A stretch of DNA of 64,000 nucleotides from Elsinoe ampelina (lineage: Eukaryota). The stretch covers positions 2,359,320 through 2,423,319 of the forward strand of contig ML992501.1 in NCBI GenBank assembly GCA_010093995.1, written 5' to 3'. Shown here in pieces: positions 10,975 to 25,500 of the stretch. Below the pieces are notes generated by a model that saw nothing but the letters and a program-made list of their open reading frames with translations, had not been told where the DNA came from and made no database searches. Position numbers and translations under genes: made by a program. Numbering within the stretch: position 1 is the stretch's first letter; each line of letters begins with the position of its first letter.

Positions 10975-12689
10975 AGGGCCTCTCACGAAGCCATGGACTG
11001 ATGTTTATTACTTCGTTTCTTCTTGCACGAGTTTAGACGACGATTTGTCGAGCGGGACTTCGAAATACCCTCCAGCGGAGGCGGCGATGGGAGTTATGAT
11101 TTAACATCTAGATGCGGCATACAGCCAATATACCCTGGGCGGTCGGGGTTATTCAACATAGAATCATGGGATGACAATGTGGCAACTTGTCAAAATGCAT
11201 CTGGCGAAGGCGTTATGAGATTTTTCAACATTATCTCCCTCCACAGCCGAGGCATGTCCCAGGAGATGGATCTGCAGTAGCAAATACCAATCGAAAAGCG
11301 AATGTTCGATCTTGAACTGTTCAAGACGTTTTTGTAATTGTATGCACTTCGTTCGTGAGCGGCGGAAGGGAGTATTCATCCAGCGTAGATTCAAATCAGA
11401 GGTCCAAAGGGCACTGGCAACTCCGTCCCTGATTCTCCGGCACTCTCTGTGTGATCTCGGCCATCATTGGCATGGGTGGGTCCCTCTAATCACTCGAGGC
11501 TAAGTGAAGAAGGACAGGAGATCAGTAAGCAAGTGAACACGGCCTTTTCGCTACGTCCCCCACTCTCTTGACTGGCCGTACCCCTTTCATCTCTATTGGT
11601 AGACTCTTAGCTGACCACAATCTGTGCGTGACTCTAACTTGATGATCGAAAGAGAAGCAGCTGCGTTTCGAGCCTTCCCCGAAGAACCGCGTGACGGACC
11701 GACGACTTTGCAACAACTCGACTCTCGGAGATTTTGCAAGCCTCCCACTAGCCTGTGCCTAATATGCATGATCTTGCATGCGGTGGGCTCGACCTGTTGA
11801 TAAGATTCGTGTCGTCCATGCTAAAATTTGAGCATGGGCGGGAGGGATGCTGGATCAGACCAGTCATGGAGCTCCCTTCAACTCCGGAACACTTTTCCTG
11901 TCAGTGGAATGTTTGACAGGCGGCCGCGGAAGGGCCGTGCCACCTCTTCGTGACTCTCTTGAAGCATTGTCGACCAGAAGACATGCCAATCTTGCCCCGA
12001 TCTCACTCACGCAAGCCCGAATGAAGGCTATCAGCCATTGTGCACATCTCAAAGCCTATGAGGCTCAGAGACATTACTATCGATAGTGATCAGAGTCTCT
12101 CAGCCTTTAAGATGCCGATATTGTCTCACATTGAAAGACCAAAGATATAGCAGATGCCGCAGATCCAAAGATAGAGATACAGTTTACGCTACCCGCATCG
12201 GGCCGGCGGCTCCTCGGGTTCATCGGAGAATATTCCCGGATCCCCACTGACAGTCCACCACTCTTGTTCTCATCTGCATCACATCTGCATCCTCACTACC
12301 ACGGATCCCCGCCATTACTCCCTTAGCTTGGTCCTTCGACCTCAAAAGACATCTCGTACCAAGCCAGTCAAGACGCCAGCCTGAATTTAATTGTTTTAGA
12401 TGAATCGCGTGCCCTGAGACACACCCATCAGGCCTCACCACCAAGTCGACAGGAGCGGGGCCAAGTAAGCGATATCGACAGAATGTCTTGAATGCCGCGG
12501 CTTAAGCGAAGCCTCATGGCTTGATAGCGTCTCAGAAGAGCAGTATTAGGGACATCTGAGGCGATCTGGCCGAGAATAAATAGGTAGGGGATCGACCAGA
12601 GGTAGGGTTGATTTCGACAACAGATTCTGTCTGCATCTTTCCTCTCTTCAGACAAGATTCGATATATCACAGAAAGAGACGCATCAGAC

Positions 12690-14122
12690 ATGTCTTCTCT
12701 CACGGATCTTGCCATTTCCATCCTAGTCAACTCCAAGAAGTTGGATGACTATGCACAGGAGAAGGGGCTTTCAACAAGCTCTGAAGACCGCCCAGACTGG
12801 CGCAACGCACCCGCTGAGATCGAGAAGGCTCGCCTTGCCGTTGAAGATGCCGCCGACTCTTTGAAGCGGGTAGCTCGCCAGCCCGGCGCATTTCTCTACG
12901 AGCAGTTCTTCCGCGTCGGTCACCCCATATCTGATCGTCTACCACATCTGACAACATCAGTACACCGACATTTCCGTCATGCAGTTCCTTTACTACTTCA
13001 AGATCCCACAACTCATTCCCAAAGACGGCTCAATGTCCTACGACGAGATCGCCTCGGCCATCGAAGTCCAAAAAGTCGTCATTCAACGCTTCATCCAAAA
13101 CGCCATCGTAATCGGCTACTTCAAAGAAGACCCCACCACGTCCCGCGTCTCCCACACCGCCGACTCCAAAGCCCTCGCCAACGACCCCCTCCTCTTCGAA
13201 TCCCTCGGCATGATCCTCGAAGAAATCATGCCCGCCTTCCTCAACGCCGTCCCCGCCCTCCGCAAATGGCCCCTCTCCCTCGAAATCAACGAAACAGGCT
13301 TCACCCACGCCAACAACACCACCAAAACAATGTACGAAACCTTCGAGACCGACCCCCTCCGCGCCAAGCGCTTCGGCGGCGCCATGTCCGTCTTCAACCG
13401 CGAAGCAGAGAACTCCCTCCCCCACCTCCTCTCCCACCCAACCTGGTCCGCGCTCGACGCCCGCCCCAGCCCCGCCCTCGTCGTCGACCTCGGCGGCTCA
13501 TTGGGCCACCTCTCCATCGCCCTGGCTCGCATAACCAAAAACACCACCTTCGAAGTCCAAGACCTCCCCAAAACAGTCGACGCAGCGACCAAAGCCGCCC
13601 CCGCCGAGCTCACAGAGACAGGGAGGCTGCGGTTCAAAGCGCACGACTTCCTCACCCCGCAAGACGAGGCGAAAGGGGGCAAGGACGTGGTGGACGTCTT
13701 CCTCGTGGCGCAGGTCTTCCAGAATTGGCCGGACAAGAAGGTGGCGCAGATTGTGAGGAATCTGTTGCCCAGGATGCGCAGGGGGAGCAAGGTGTTGGTG
13801 CATGAGAGGATGGTGCCCGAGTGGGCCCGGGAGACGAATGAGGGGAGGAGGGCGAGGTGAGTTTTCCCCGTCTCTTTGGGCTCGTATGGTTCTGATGTTG
13901 GGGGGGGGGGCCTATGTCGGGGATGTTTATTTACGTTTGGAGAGATTGGGCTGACGTGGTGTTAGGTCGGGGGATATGCTCATGGGGTCGCTCCTCAATG
14001 GCATGATCAGGACGCCGAAGCAGTGGGGGGCGGTGTTCAAGGAGGCGGATGCGAGGTTTGGCGAGGTAAGCTTTAATACGGTGAATGATAGGGGGTTGAT
14101 TGAGGTTACGCTTGAGGGGTGA
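12690..14122 (+). CDS. Class II O-methyltransferase-fold protein
   Basis: Exons 12690-12914, 12961-13856, 13966-14122. Dimerisation/wHTH region, NETGF, RFGGAM, SAM motif VVDLGGSLGH, VQDL, HDFL. Confidence 0.88.
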
Positions 14123-14470
14123 GGGGTCAGCCGACCCTGTTGTCGGATTCATGTTGGATTGTGCGGCTTCAGGTTCGGTCTCACGAGAAGAGGAGGAACG
14201 GGGGTTGGGCGTTGAGTACATGCTTGGTCGTCGGTTCATAGAGGCTATTCATATTCATCTCTGCGTGTCTTTATGATGAGTGTATTCTGTGTTCTGTGCT
14301 CATGTGATTACTTGAGTCAAGTGGCTAAATGATGCTATATCTTTCTCCATATCAGGTTGTATCCCTATTATCGCCGTGTGGCTAGATGATCTCGTCATAT
14401 CTTTCTGGTATGTCATGCATGTGCTTGTAAATTGCAACATGTGTCCTTCGTCACAAGTCTCGCGTAGATC

Positions 14471-15806
14471 TCACGCCCCACGTAGACGCCTCTCCTCTTC
14501 CAACCAGGAAGTCTCCCCATCTTCGGACAGCGGACGGCTGCACACCTCGATGTCAAATGTCTTCTCGATGAAGGGCATAGGGATGTGCTCAAAGTCTGCA
14601 GAATAGGTCTTGTGACTGCCGTTGGATGACTTGCGGGATGTGATTGTCGGCGAGGCGCGGAGGGTTTCGTCGTCGCTATGAGATCTCGAGGAGTTGGTGC
14701 CGGAGCGCTTGGCGGACGAGATGATGGCAGCCGCAGGTTTCTTGATGAACTTAGGGATCTTGTCGGCCAGAGCAGCGCGGATGGGTCGATTGCGTGAGCT
14801 GTGTGTGGAGTCGGATTGAGATTTGCGGAAGAGTGAGCTTTTGAGGAGTGGGGCGAGGGTGGGAAGGGAGGTCGTGATGATCTGCAGTGAAGTGTTAATG
14901 AGATCACAATGAGGGTTCATGGTGGTCTTACGCCGATATTCATCTCGATGATCGCCCACCTAATCAGGTACTGCGGGTCGTTGTGCTTGGGCACTTTGAT
15001 GCTGCCAATGAGTCGCATAACGGAGCAGAGTGTGGTGATGAAGCCGAGAAGGAAGGTGATGATGAGTCCAATTTTGCGGCGGCGGTTCATGCGCAGTGGC
15101 AGGACAAGTGGGATTGGTAGGAGGAACAATACTATGTCCACAATGATTGTGATGACGGCTGGACTATAGTAGACCATCGGTACCGGCAGACATTTTCCTG
15201 GTGTTTGTCGATCCCAAAACTTGTGGATTGGAGTACAGGCGAATATGACAATCGCACAGTAGTAGATCATAAAGGCCAAAGTGAAGGCCATAGTGGCGAT
15301 GATGACCCTGCGATAGATACGCACAGCCAGACCATTGGTCGTGATTCGCAGGTAGGCAAAGCAGAGCGCAAACTTGAAGAAGCTTACGGCAATGCAGTAC
15401 AGGAAGCGAAAGGCATAATTGAGCTGAGAGGGTTTAGCGCTGTGAGGCGTCCACGGATTCATGACATATACCTTGAGGCCGTGGACGATATTTTCTGATG
15501 GGTAGAGTGTTGGAGGGAGCCCCAAGCCATAGCGTGTCTGGATGACTCCACCGACGGTATAGCCGAGTGCTGTGATCTGTATCCAGATTAGCTCCGGTAG
15601 CTGTGGTGTAGGACGATGAGGAATACTGCAGAGATGATGATGCACCAGTCATCTGCGCCGAGACTTTTCACAATTCTCACACGAACGTAGCCGCGCAGTA
15701 GGACTGTCATCAGCATCAGGGTGGAAGTGGCGATGGCAGCCCCTATAATCTTGCGGTAGTTTGATTGAGCGTCAAGCTCTGCGTTGCCGTTGATTATCCA
15801 GGCCAT
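14471..15806 (-). CDS. Pth11-like (fungal rhodopsin-domain) integral membrane protein
   Basis: LRGYVR..LGADDW, K...FAYLRI, FACTPIHKFWD..GKC, DIVLFLLPIP, R.KIGL, WAIIEMN. Three apparent introns. Confidence 0.88.
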
Positions 15807-16936
15807 TGTGATGAGTGCGACAATAAGGTAGTGTGTAGTATGAAAATTCCCATGATCGGAAAGAGGTGATCGAGGGGTATGCGTTGTCATTCATCACGTG
15901 TCAAGTGCTGCACATGATATACAGTGGCGTCGTCGCCCTCACCCCTCGGGCCTACATTTTTGCGTTCATCTCTGGGGCCGCAGTCACAACAGCGACATAG
16001 TATACTTTGCCATTTTCATTCGTTTCTCTTTCCTTGTCATCAGGGTAGTGAGTGACCCAGAAAATACAGTCTCGTTTTTGCTGCTCTGCATCCCGATCGG
16101 AACACTTCGCTGCAGCACGTGAGCCTGGTGCTCGTAGAAAGCCGCCACCAGTTACATACTATCCTCTGGAATCGAAGTCCACGAATACTGCGAGCACTCG
16201 ACTAGATTCGATTATAAGGTACCGGTGTATGTGTATTGGAGCATCGATGAAGAAACGAATTCGATGCTCAGCAATCTCTCGTCGGTCACGGTCGCCGTCT
16301 GGAGAGGAAGTGGGGCCGTGTGGGGCAAGCCAATGCCCGAATTCCCTCTCGCCTTCAGCTCTTCACCACTTTGTGCCACGTCTCGAAGGCATGCCTCATC
16401 ATGTCCTTGACACATACATCATTTCACCAGCCGTCATCAATCTAAAGTGATGCGTTGTCTAGCATTCCTCCGAAAATCTCTTTCGGTGTGCTCGCGTCTG
16501 GAGAGCACAAGGACACGCCCAGGTCACGGACAGCTGCATGGCGTCCGTGCTACGAGCCTGTCAATTCTTGGGAATGGTATCGGAGACCTGCATGGCATTG
16601 TGTCACCGTTTAGCTTCAAGCTTGGATTCCTCTTCCACCCCGGTCGCTCTCTGAACTTGGATACACAGGTTGTTTCCTGGGAGGAAGATCATGCAGAAGC
16701 GCTTGAGTACTCTCAATCATTCGCGGAGGGATGACGAAGCTGCAGCGCCTGACCGGGCGAGTGCAGGAGGATGAGTACTCCCATGAGAGGGCGGAATCAG
16801 CAGAGTCTGCTTTTGATCATGGCAACCTGGTAGTATTTGACTGCGTCCTTCCCTTTCGTTTTCGTCGCCTCCGAGTCTGATATCTTGTACTCCCCCACTT
16901 CTCTGACATCTGTCATCCACGATAATCCACTTCGAG

Positions 16937-18635
16937 ATGAATCCCAAGCGATCTTCCCATACCGACAAGGAAGTTGGCAACGTGGGCGCATGGCCGTCTT
17001 CATCAGTGCTCAGCGAAGCTAGCCCCAACCACATTGAGCTGAGGAGTGCTGACCAGGCGTATGGGTTCCTGACCAATGTCCAAGTATCCGGTTCCGAGGT
17101 CCGATCGGTCAATCTGTCCGCGCTTCGGCGGCGAATCGATTACAGATTGATACCCTTCATGTGGCTGTGCTACACCATGTGTTGGCTGGACAAGGCCATC
17201 TTGAATGTGAGTGGCGAACTGCATGAGGTCTGCTGATATATGCTGACGCGAGATGCAGTACGCCGCGGTCATGGGACTCCACAAGGATCTCCAGCTGAGG
17301 GGTAACGACTTCAGCAATGCCAACACCTTCTTTTATGTCGCTACCACCCTCGCCGAGCTCCCTACCGGGTTCATTCTGAACAAAGTATCTGCGGCCAAAT
17401 GGGTATGCAATGTCTTCTTTTTATGGCTTAGTCGAGTCGAGTCTCTCTGACGACCTGTAGATGGGTGGCAATGTCATTCTCTGGGGAGCCGCCACTGCTG
17501 CCGTCGCTGCATCAACAAACTACCAGACCCTTCTTGCCACAAGAATTCTGGTAGGTATTTTTGAGGCGGCAGTCGCACCATGTTTGCTGCTCTTGGTAAG
17601 CCAGTGGTACACCAAATCGGAGCAAGCACCCCGTTTCTGCTTTTGGTATGCCGGTTTGGGTACGGGACAAATTGTCGGCGGTCTTCAATCTTATGGTTTC
17701 CAGCATGTTGTGAATCCTTCCTTTGCTGGTTGGCGCATCATGTTCATCACCATGGGCGGCATCACTGTGGTTCTTGGTATCTTCACCTTGTTCTTCTTGT
17801 CCGAGAACCCATTGAAGGCCAAGTTTCTCAGCGAAGCCGAGAAGACCGCTCTCCTCAACCATGTCTCGGTCAACCAGACCGGAGTTGTCAACAGGCACTT
17901 CAAGTGGGGTCAGGTATGGGAGCTGCTGCTGGACGTACAAATCTGGTGGCTCATGCTGATCACGGTTCTGGTATGCGAATCGCTGAATTTACGTTCCTCA
18001 GTAACTGACAGCAGCAGATTTGCATGACCAGCGGTGTCGTCTCTTCATACTCGACGACCCTTCTGAACAACTTCGGCTACTCTCCGAAGCAAGCGGCGCT
18101 GCTCAACTCCATGAGCGGCATCATCTCCATCTTCTCGGCTGTGGTGAGTGGCATCGGTGTTCACAGGACTGGTAACCGCTGGGCATGGATCATCGTTCTC
18201 CTGATCCCTGCCATCCTGGGTGCTGGTCTGATGTCGTTCATGCCCAGGACGCAAAAGTCTGGGATCTTGGCCGGTATCTACCTCGTGAACACCTGCACAG
18301 CCACTCTCCCGCACATCTACCAGTGGACGGCAGCGAATATCGCGGGCCAGACGAAGCGATCGGTAGCCGTGGGGTTTGTGAGTGCAGCTTTCGGCGTAGC
18401 AAGTACCATCGGACCACAGACCTTCCAGGCCCGCGACGCCCCTCTGTACCAACCTGCTCGTCTGACGGTGCTTACGACGCTCTCCGCCGGTGCGGTTCTC
18501 ACTGCTCTCCTGGCCGTTTACTACAAACGGGAGAACCGCCGCAGGGACAGATTGAGCACGACGGGACCTGGTGAAGCCGAGAGGTGGGGGAACATGACAG
18601 ACAAGGAGAATCTGTCTTTCCGCTACGTCTTCTGA
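16937..18635 (+). CDS. MFS transporter, allantoate permease (Dal5)-like
   Basis: RRIDYRLIP..LDK, GIFEA, WYTKSEQAPR, NIAGQTKR, GPQTF..DAP.Y, ENRRRD, TDKEN.FRY. Three introns. Confidence 0.92.
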
Positions 18636-19587
18636 GAGGGAGTCGGCGCTCGGTTTTGGCTGGTGGTGTGGCGCAGGTGAGGAATGCAGGATGCAGGAGG
18701 TGGAGCGTTCCAGGCAAATCAAGAATTGCATTACGTGACGCAGCCGATGATACTACCAGCATCTCTGTATTTTGGTTTATCAAGTGCCCTCGAAGGAATG
18801 TCTAGCATGTGATAATTCAGAGGCTCTATTTCACACTGCTGGTAGTAAATATCGATGTTTCGACGTGCTCCGAACTGTGCATGGTTGTGATCAGCGTCTT
18901 GCAGAATCTCATCTGGAAAGAGAAACGCTTGCCGGGAGATCTGATCTCATTGCCGTTGGCCGTTTTACATGCAGGAGATCCTTCAACGTGGACTGGAGTG
19001 TACGAAAGACGCGAAGAGGGATGGCCTGCATGACGCTGTCCAATTTCGAAGGTGGTGAAACATATCCCACAGACACGATCTGGCGATTCCTTGGATTCGA
19101 AACAACGCTATCGGCGGTATAGAGAATTGCGAATACCGCCATCTCGAGCCCTATTCGACCGGCTCTTTTGCTGGCTTGACTGGTGACGTATCTCTGCAGG
19201 CCCCGTGCCCGACAAAGTTCCAACAAGGTTCAACCTCTCTGACCTTGCTGATTGCTAACTCGCAGAAGACCAAAGACCCCGTTGGCGCGACTTCCACGAT
19301 CCCAGCGCCGTGAGTAAGCATCGTTGGCCGCATTTTCCCATCTGCCCCAGCGGGAGATCTGCATTTCGACATCCTCTTGCAACCTCTGGCACAACCTCCG
19401 GTCGGACGTCTTCTCTTCCACACTCCAATCATTTGCTTGAAGCCACGGTCCAGCAATTCAGTACCGGCAACGTCAAATGTCCCCCCTCTGGTATGGAGAT
19501 TCTATCGCATAGCACAACAAAATTACGGTGGACCATGTATTGATCTAGATCGAGCTTGGAGGTCGTCATTCTGCCGTGGGTTTCGCC

Positions 19588-22500
19588 ATGGATCCGAAGG
19601 CGAGGGCCGAAGCGGACAATGAGCAACTGGCTACAAGGATATTCGCCCGTCTTCAGCAAGACGTGCAAGGATATGAGTGGGACACCAGTGTACCACCATT
19701 CCACTCGGTAAATACACTTGCGGAGCATCTCATGCGTAACTAATCACGTCTTCAGTCCTACGATCACTGGCATGTATGGGGTTTCAAGCTACCCACCAAG
19801 ACTCAAGAACCTTCGACGAACGGCACTGCAAGCTCGACAAATTCTAGGAAGAGCGTCGATGATCTGACAGACCAACCCAAGCCCGAACAGACGGAGAAGC
19901 TATCTGTAGTGGCCAGGGTCTCACGACATGCCCTACGGCTTGAACGAGAATTCAAGCTTGCACAAAAGCTTGCACAAGAGGCAGGAGAAGGGCAGAACAT
20001 ATTCATCAATGCGATCGATTTCTTCCGCCTGCCGCCTCGGCAAGCTGGCGACAGTAAACTTGTCGTCATGATCTCCGAGTCGCCTGGTAGGAATTCGCTG
20101 ATAGAGCTTGTAGGACATTCTCGAACCATTTGTGGTGCAGGACTGACAAACATGTCACAGGTTGAACTTGGCCCTAGTTTCTACCGAGCAAACTCGCACG
20201 ACACGAAAGAGCAAATGCAATGGGAGCGATTCCCGAGGAGACCGAGCCACCACAAGACACCTCTGCGACTATTCATTTCCTTTGCCATAGGCGCGGTCAA
20301 ATGCATAGAGCAATTACATCATGGCAAAGAGATGGTACATGGAGATCTGCGCGGCGATGCCTTTCATTTCAACAAAGACACTGGTGTCGTTCGCCTTATA
20401 AATTTTGGATCTGGAGCACGGTCATTCGAGAATGGACTGACTAGCGCTGGATGGTCCACTCTGACCGCGCAGTTGGGCGTAGAACACAAACTACAGTTTA
20501 TCGCTCCGGAGCAAACTGGTCGCATGCCGGCTGAACCTGACAGCCGGACGGATATCTACAGCTTGGGAATACTTTTCTGGATCATGCTCGCAGATGAGCC
20601 AGCTTTCGCGGGAAGTGGACCGCTGGATATCATGCAGAACGTCCTTAGTCGCCGGATACCACCGATCGACTCTAAACGACCAGATATCCCTGCCGGATTA
20701 TCCAAAATCATTCAAAAGATGACACAAAAGAACATGGCCGATCGATATCAATCTGCCGCAGGACTGCGTCACGATCTTCTCGAATGCAATCGTTTGTTGG
20801 AGGAGGGGGCTTGCGAAGCGCTGGATAATTTCAAGCTCGGAACTCGTGATGTATCAAGCGCTTTCAACCATCCTACCAGATTGATCGGACGAGCGAAGCA
20901 ACTGGATGCGATCCGGAAAGTCATGGAGAGAGCTGCCAGCAAAGCGACTCATCGCGCTGCTATAACCAAGCAAGGTTTGAATGGACTGCGTGCGGCTTCC
21001 ACCTACTCCGGTGATAAGCTTGAACACCTCGGTGACCACATAGGCTCGGATAGTGCCAGCTCGGCTTCACGCGAAAGAGGTGACAGCCAGTTGCCTTCGA
21101 TAAGCGAAGCAAATGCCCCTGAGGGACTCAAGAAAGTGTTCGACTCAAGTCACGACGTACCCGAGCTCGGCATCAATGAGCTGGAGCCGAAACTTTCCAT
21201 GGATAGCAGAATATCAAATCCAAGCATTGACGCCGCCACATCTGGCTCGATGAACCACAGCCACGCCCCATCCAAAGAATCGCTTTTGCGGACGGCGCAG
21301 AAATTGCGGAAAGCAGGACGCTGTGAACTCATCAGCATATCTGGTAGCGCCGGACTCGGCAAATCATCCATACTGCAGATCGTCCAGACACATGCCCGAG
21401 AGCATGGCTATTATGCTCTCGCGAAATTCGACCAGGTCAAGAAAGTACCTTTCGAACCAGCCTTCCGAATCATGTCTTCGCTATTTCGACAGATCTTTTC
21501 GGAGGGGGACGTCAGCACCGAACTCCATCAACAAGTCAGGGCTCTAGTAAGGCCAGTGTGGGCTTCATTGCACACTGCGCTCGAATTGCCTCCTTGGCTG
21601 ATCTCACCTGATCTGCATCACGCAAAGCTTTCCGACGTCGATACCGAGGCCGCTATGCACGAAGGAGCCAAATGCGGTGATAAGGGCAATACCGCTGCAG
21701 ATTGGCTTCATGCTGGTGGCGTCATTCGGGATCGCAGATTTGTTAACACGTTCATGGACTTTCTACGACTCCTGGTAATGCATAAATTCATGTGCTTATG
21801 CTTGGATGATTTACAGTTTGCTGATGAGGAGAGCCTGGACCTCATTCACTCCGTCGTGGCAGCTGGCATCCCCATCGTCCTCATGCTGACCTTCCGGACC
21901 GAGGACACTCTTCCTGCCAAAACACGAGCACTTCTCGACAAAGCGACGTGTGTTGAACTGACTCCTTTCACCGAGGAACAGACGTCCGAGTATGTGGCAG
22001 AGACCTTGCATCGATCCACGCAGTACGTGCTGCCCCTGGTGGCTGTCATTCAGCAGAAGACCGAAGGCATTCCATTCCTTGTTCGTGAGGTTCTGGATCA
22101 GATTCATCGCTCGAAATGCATATACTACTCGTGGAGATCGTCGCAATGGGAGTTCGACCTTGATGCAATCTTCACACGATTTGCAGACACGGAAAGTACC
22201 TCGCTCGCACCGGACGATTACATCTTTCGCAGGCTTGCAGAATTACCACAAGATGCCAAAACGCTGCTCTGCTGGGCAAGTCTGGTGGGAAATAGCTTCA
22301 GTTTCCAGTTGGTCAACAGGGTGATTGTTTGTGATTGTTCAAAAGCATCTCCCATGGAATTCCTCCCGACGAGAGCCGACGATCCAATATCTGGTCTCCA
22401 GTCTGCCCTAGCTTCATACGCGATCATGGCGACCGAAGACGAAGATAAGTTCCGCTTCAGTCATGATCGGTACATGGGTGCGGTCTCCGCTTTACGTGCG

Positions 22501-25500
22501 CCTTACGCCAAGGAAGAAATGCACTATGTACTGGCTTGCGCTATGCTCAAACACGACCCGTGGCGACCATCACGACCGACACAGATCCTCTTTGATCAGA
22601 GCCGGCACATTTGCAGTGCCGTGGCAGTCATCCGGAACCGAGCACACAGCTACAAGCCGTTTCGTCAATTGTTATACGAGGCAGCCGAAACTGCGAGAGA
22701 ACAAGGTGCTCGGCAAATCTCACTGTATTTTCTGAAGCATGCCCTTGCGCTCCTTGGCAAAGACATATGGGACGTCGACGACAAACAAGCAGATACAACG
22801 TACACCGAGGTGCTCACCCTCATGACACAGACCGCCGGATCCTACTGGTTCCTTGGAGATTTCGATTCGACGTCCAAAATAATCACCGAGATATTCGAGC
22901 ATGCCAAAGATCCCGCGGACCGTAGTGCTGCCTTTGTCATTGAGTCACGTATGCATGCGCAGCGTGGCGACAGCATCAAGGCGTTCCTATCGATGAGGCA
23001 GGCACTCGCGGATCTTGGCCATGAAACTTCGCCCATGACTTGGGATCAATGTGATGACGAGTTCAGGAGAATTGCACCGCTATTGGCGGGTCGGGAGCCA
23101 GAGATTAACGCGGGTCAAGACATCGATCCCAAGCTCGTCACGACAGGTGCTGTGATGATAGAATTGCTGTCTGCGGCGTTCTGGTCTGACCCTCTGCTAT
23201 TTTTCCAGATGACGATCAAGATCTTGAACCTTTACCTAGACAAGGGAATCTTTCCGCAGCTGGCTCTGGGATATGTCCACATCGGATCCATCGCCATCGG
23301 ACGGTACGACATGCTTGAATTCGGTCTGCAGATGGGGGCCACAGCGAAGAAAATCATGCAAACGTTTGAGCGAGAGGCGTACACCAATGGCAGAGGCTGG
23401 ACCCTGCACTCTCTTTTCCTAGGTCATATCGAATCATCTATGGATGAGCAACTGCCGATCTTAGCACGAGGGCTGGACAACACAGTCTCTGCTGGAGACA
23501 AGATTCTACAGACACTCAACATCGGCGTCACGGCTGCCTATCGGCTTTGGGCGAGTTACGAGCTTCCAGAAGTCGAGGCATTCATCTACGAACAGAACGA
23601 GCAGATACCGGATTGGAGGAACGATCTGCGAGGTGGCTCTTTCCTCATCGGCGTGCTTCAATATTCTCGTGCTCTACAGGGCAAGACATACTACACGGAC
23701 CCGGCACACATACTGGACGACGATTCTCACTCGACTGTTGCCTACCATGAGTTTGTACGCAAAAAGGCATCTGAGCCATCACGCCCACTCACCATTTACG
23801 ACTGCTATCGTCTCGCCGCTTTGTACCGTTTCGGACACCTTAAGCAGGCACTAGAACTTGGAGAAGCTCTCTATGAGCCCATCAATTCTCTGTTTTGCAT
23901 GCGGTATACTTATTTCGCATCTTTCTTCCTAGCATTGGCTCTCGTAGAGAAGGTGCGGGCTGAACCGGGTTCTCCTGACAACAAGAAGCACTTGGAACGT
24001 GTGAAGACAATCGAGAAGAAGCTTCAATCAGTCAGTCTGGCCAACGACACCAACTTCACTGGGTACCTACAAATACTTCAGGCCGAATTAGCGGAATTGG
24101 AAGGCAGATTCGATGTCTCGATCACCTCTTACGAGGCTGCTGTCACTCACACGGTCCTCCACGGAATTATCATGGAGGAAGCGCTCGCGAACGAGCTCTA
24201 TGCCGAGTTTCTGATCCGACGAGGCTCGACCAGGCCAGCTCGCAGTCTACTTGACGATGCCATCGCTGCTTACCGTCGAATTGGAGCGACGGGTAAGGTA
24301 CAACAAATCACTGACAAGCATGCTTTCACGATGCATCGCACTCGATCGGGCTTGCAGATAGACCAAGGCACTCAGACCATCGAGTCTCATCCTTCGGCCA
24401 CACCCTATAAACTCGGGCGTCACGAAGACGACTTGATCTCGCAGACATCCGAGGAGAGGACAAAAGCCTGGCTTGCTCCCCCTCCTAATTCCTCACCTCA
24501 GCTCGACCGCGATGGCAAGACTAAAGACGACGCAGGCTTGTCTGCTGTGGGTCTGGACGTCATTGATCTTGCGACTATACTTGAGTCATCTCAGCTTTTG
24601 TCGTCGGAGCTCGACGTGGAGAAGCTTCTCTCCAGCCTCACTGAGATCATCACCGATGCTACGGGAGCTGAGATCGGTGGTGTCGCCGTGCGAGACGAAG
24701 AAGATCAATGGAGACTTGCGGCCATCAGGGGGCCTGAGGGCAATGTGGAAGGCATGTACGGTCAGCCCTTGGATGAAATCCCAGACTCGGTCGCGCGTTC
24801 CGTTACCCTATACTGTTTGCGATTCCGAGAGTCTCTGTTCATCCCTAACGTGCTTGAGGATGAAAGATTCGCCGCAAGCAGAGAGTACAAGCAAACCCAT
24901 CCCGACGGACGCGCCATGATCGCGCTACCAATCCTGCACGGCGACAATCAACTGTTGGGCAGTATTTACATCGAAGGTCCAGCCCGGTCTTTCAAGGAGA
25001 ATGCTACTACGGTCCTGCGACTCTTGGTGAATCAGGTGGCCATTTCGATAGCGAACGCCCTTCTTTTCAAGCGCCTGGAGAAAGCAAATGCAAGCAACGC
25101 AGCGATGCTGGAGATCCAGAAGCAAGCTCTCTCTCAAGCAAGAGAAGCTGAGCGCAAAGCCAAGGAGGCAGAGGCCCAAGCCATGGAAAATGTCCGTCTG
25201 AAGGAGGAGGCTGCCAAGGCAAAGTCCATGTTCCTGGCGAACGTCTCACACGAACTGCGCACACCACTTAACGGTGTCATTGGCATGTCAGAGCTGCTGA
25301 AGCAGAGTCGATTGTCCAAGGAGCAAGAAGGTTATGCGGACTCGATTCGTGTCTGTGCCGATACTCTTCTCTCGGTCATCAACGACATTCTGGATTTTTC
25401 CAAATTGGAAGCTGGAAAGATGAACCTATTCAATGTCCAATTGTCACTGAAGGAGACCATTTCCGAGGTCGTCCGCGCTCTTTCATACACCAACATGGAG

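Noticed and set aside
10975..11310. SAM synthetase 3' UTR as a METTL16 hairpin or riboswitch
   Set aside because: No UACAGARAA nonamer or recognisable aptamer seen.
13900..13910. G11 run in the OMT intron; (CAGC)n at 27771-27790
   Set aside because: Ordinary short simple repeats.
9623..18635. SAM synthetase + OMT + membrane protein + MFS as a secondary-metabolite cluster
   Set aside because: No backbone enzyme or cluster transcription factor; the SAM synthetase looks like the housekeeping copy.
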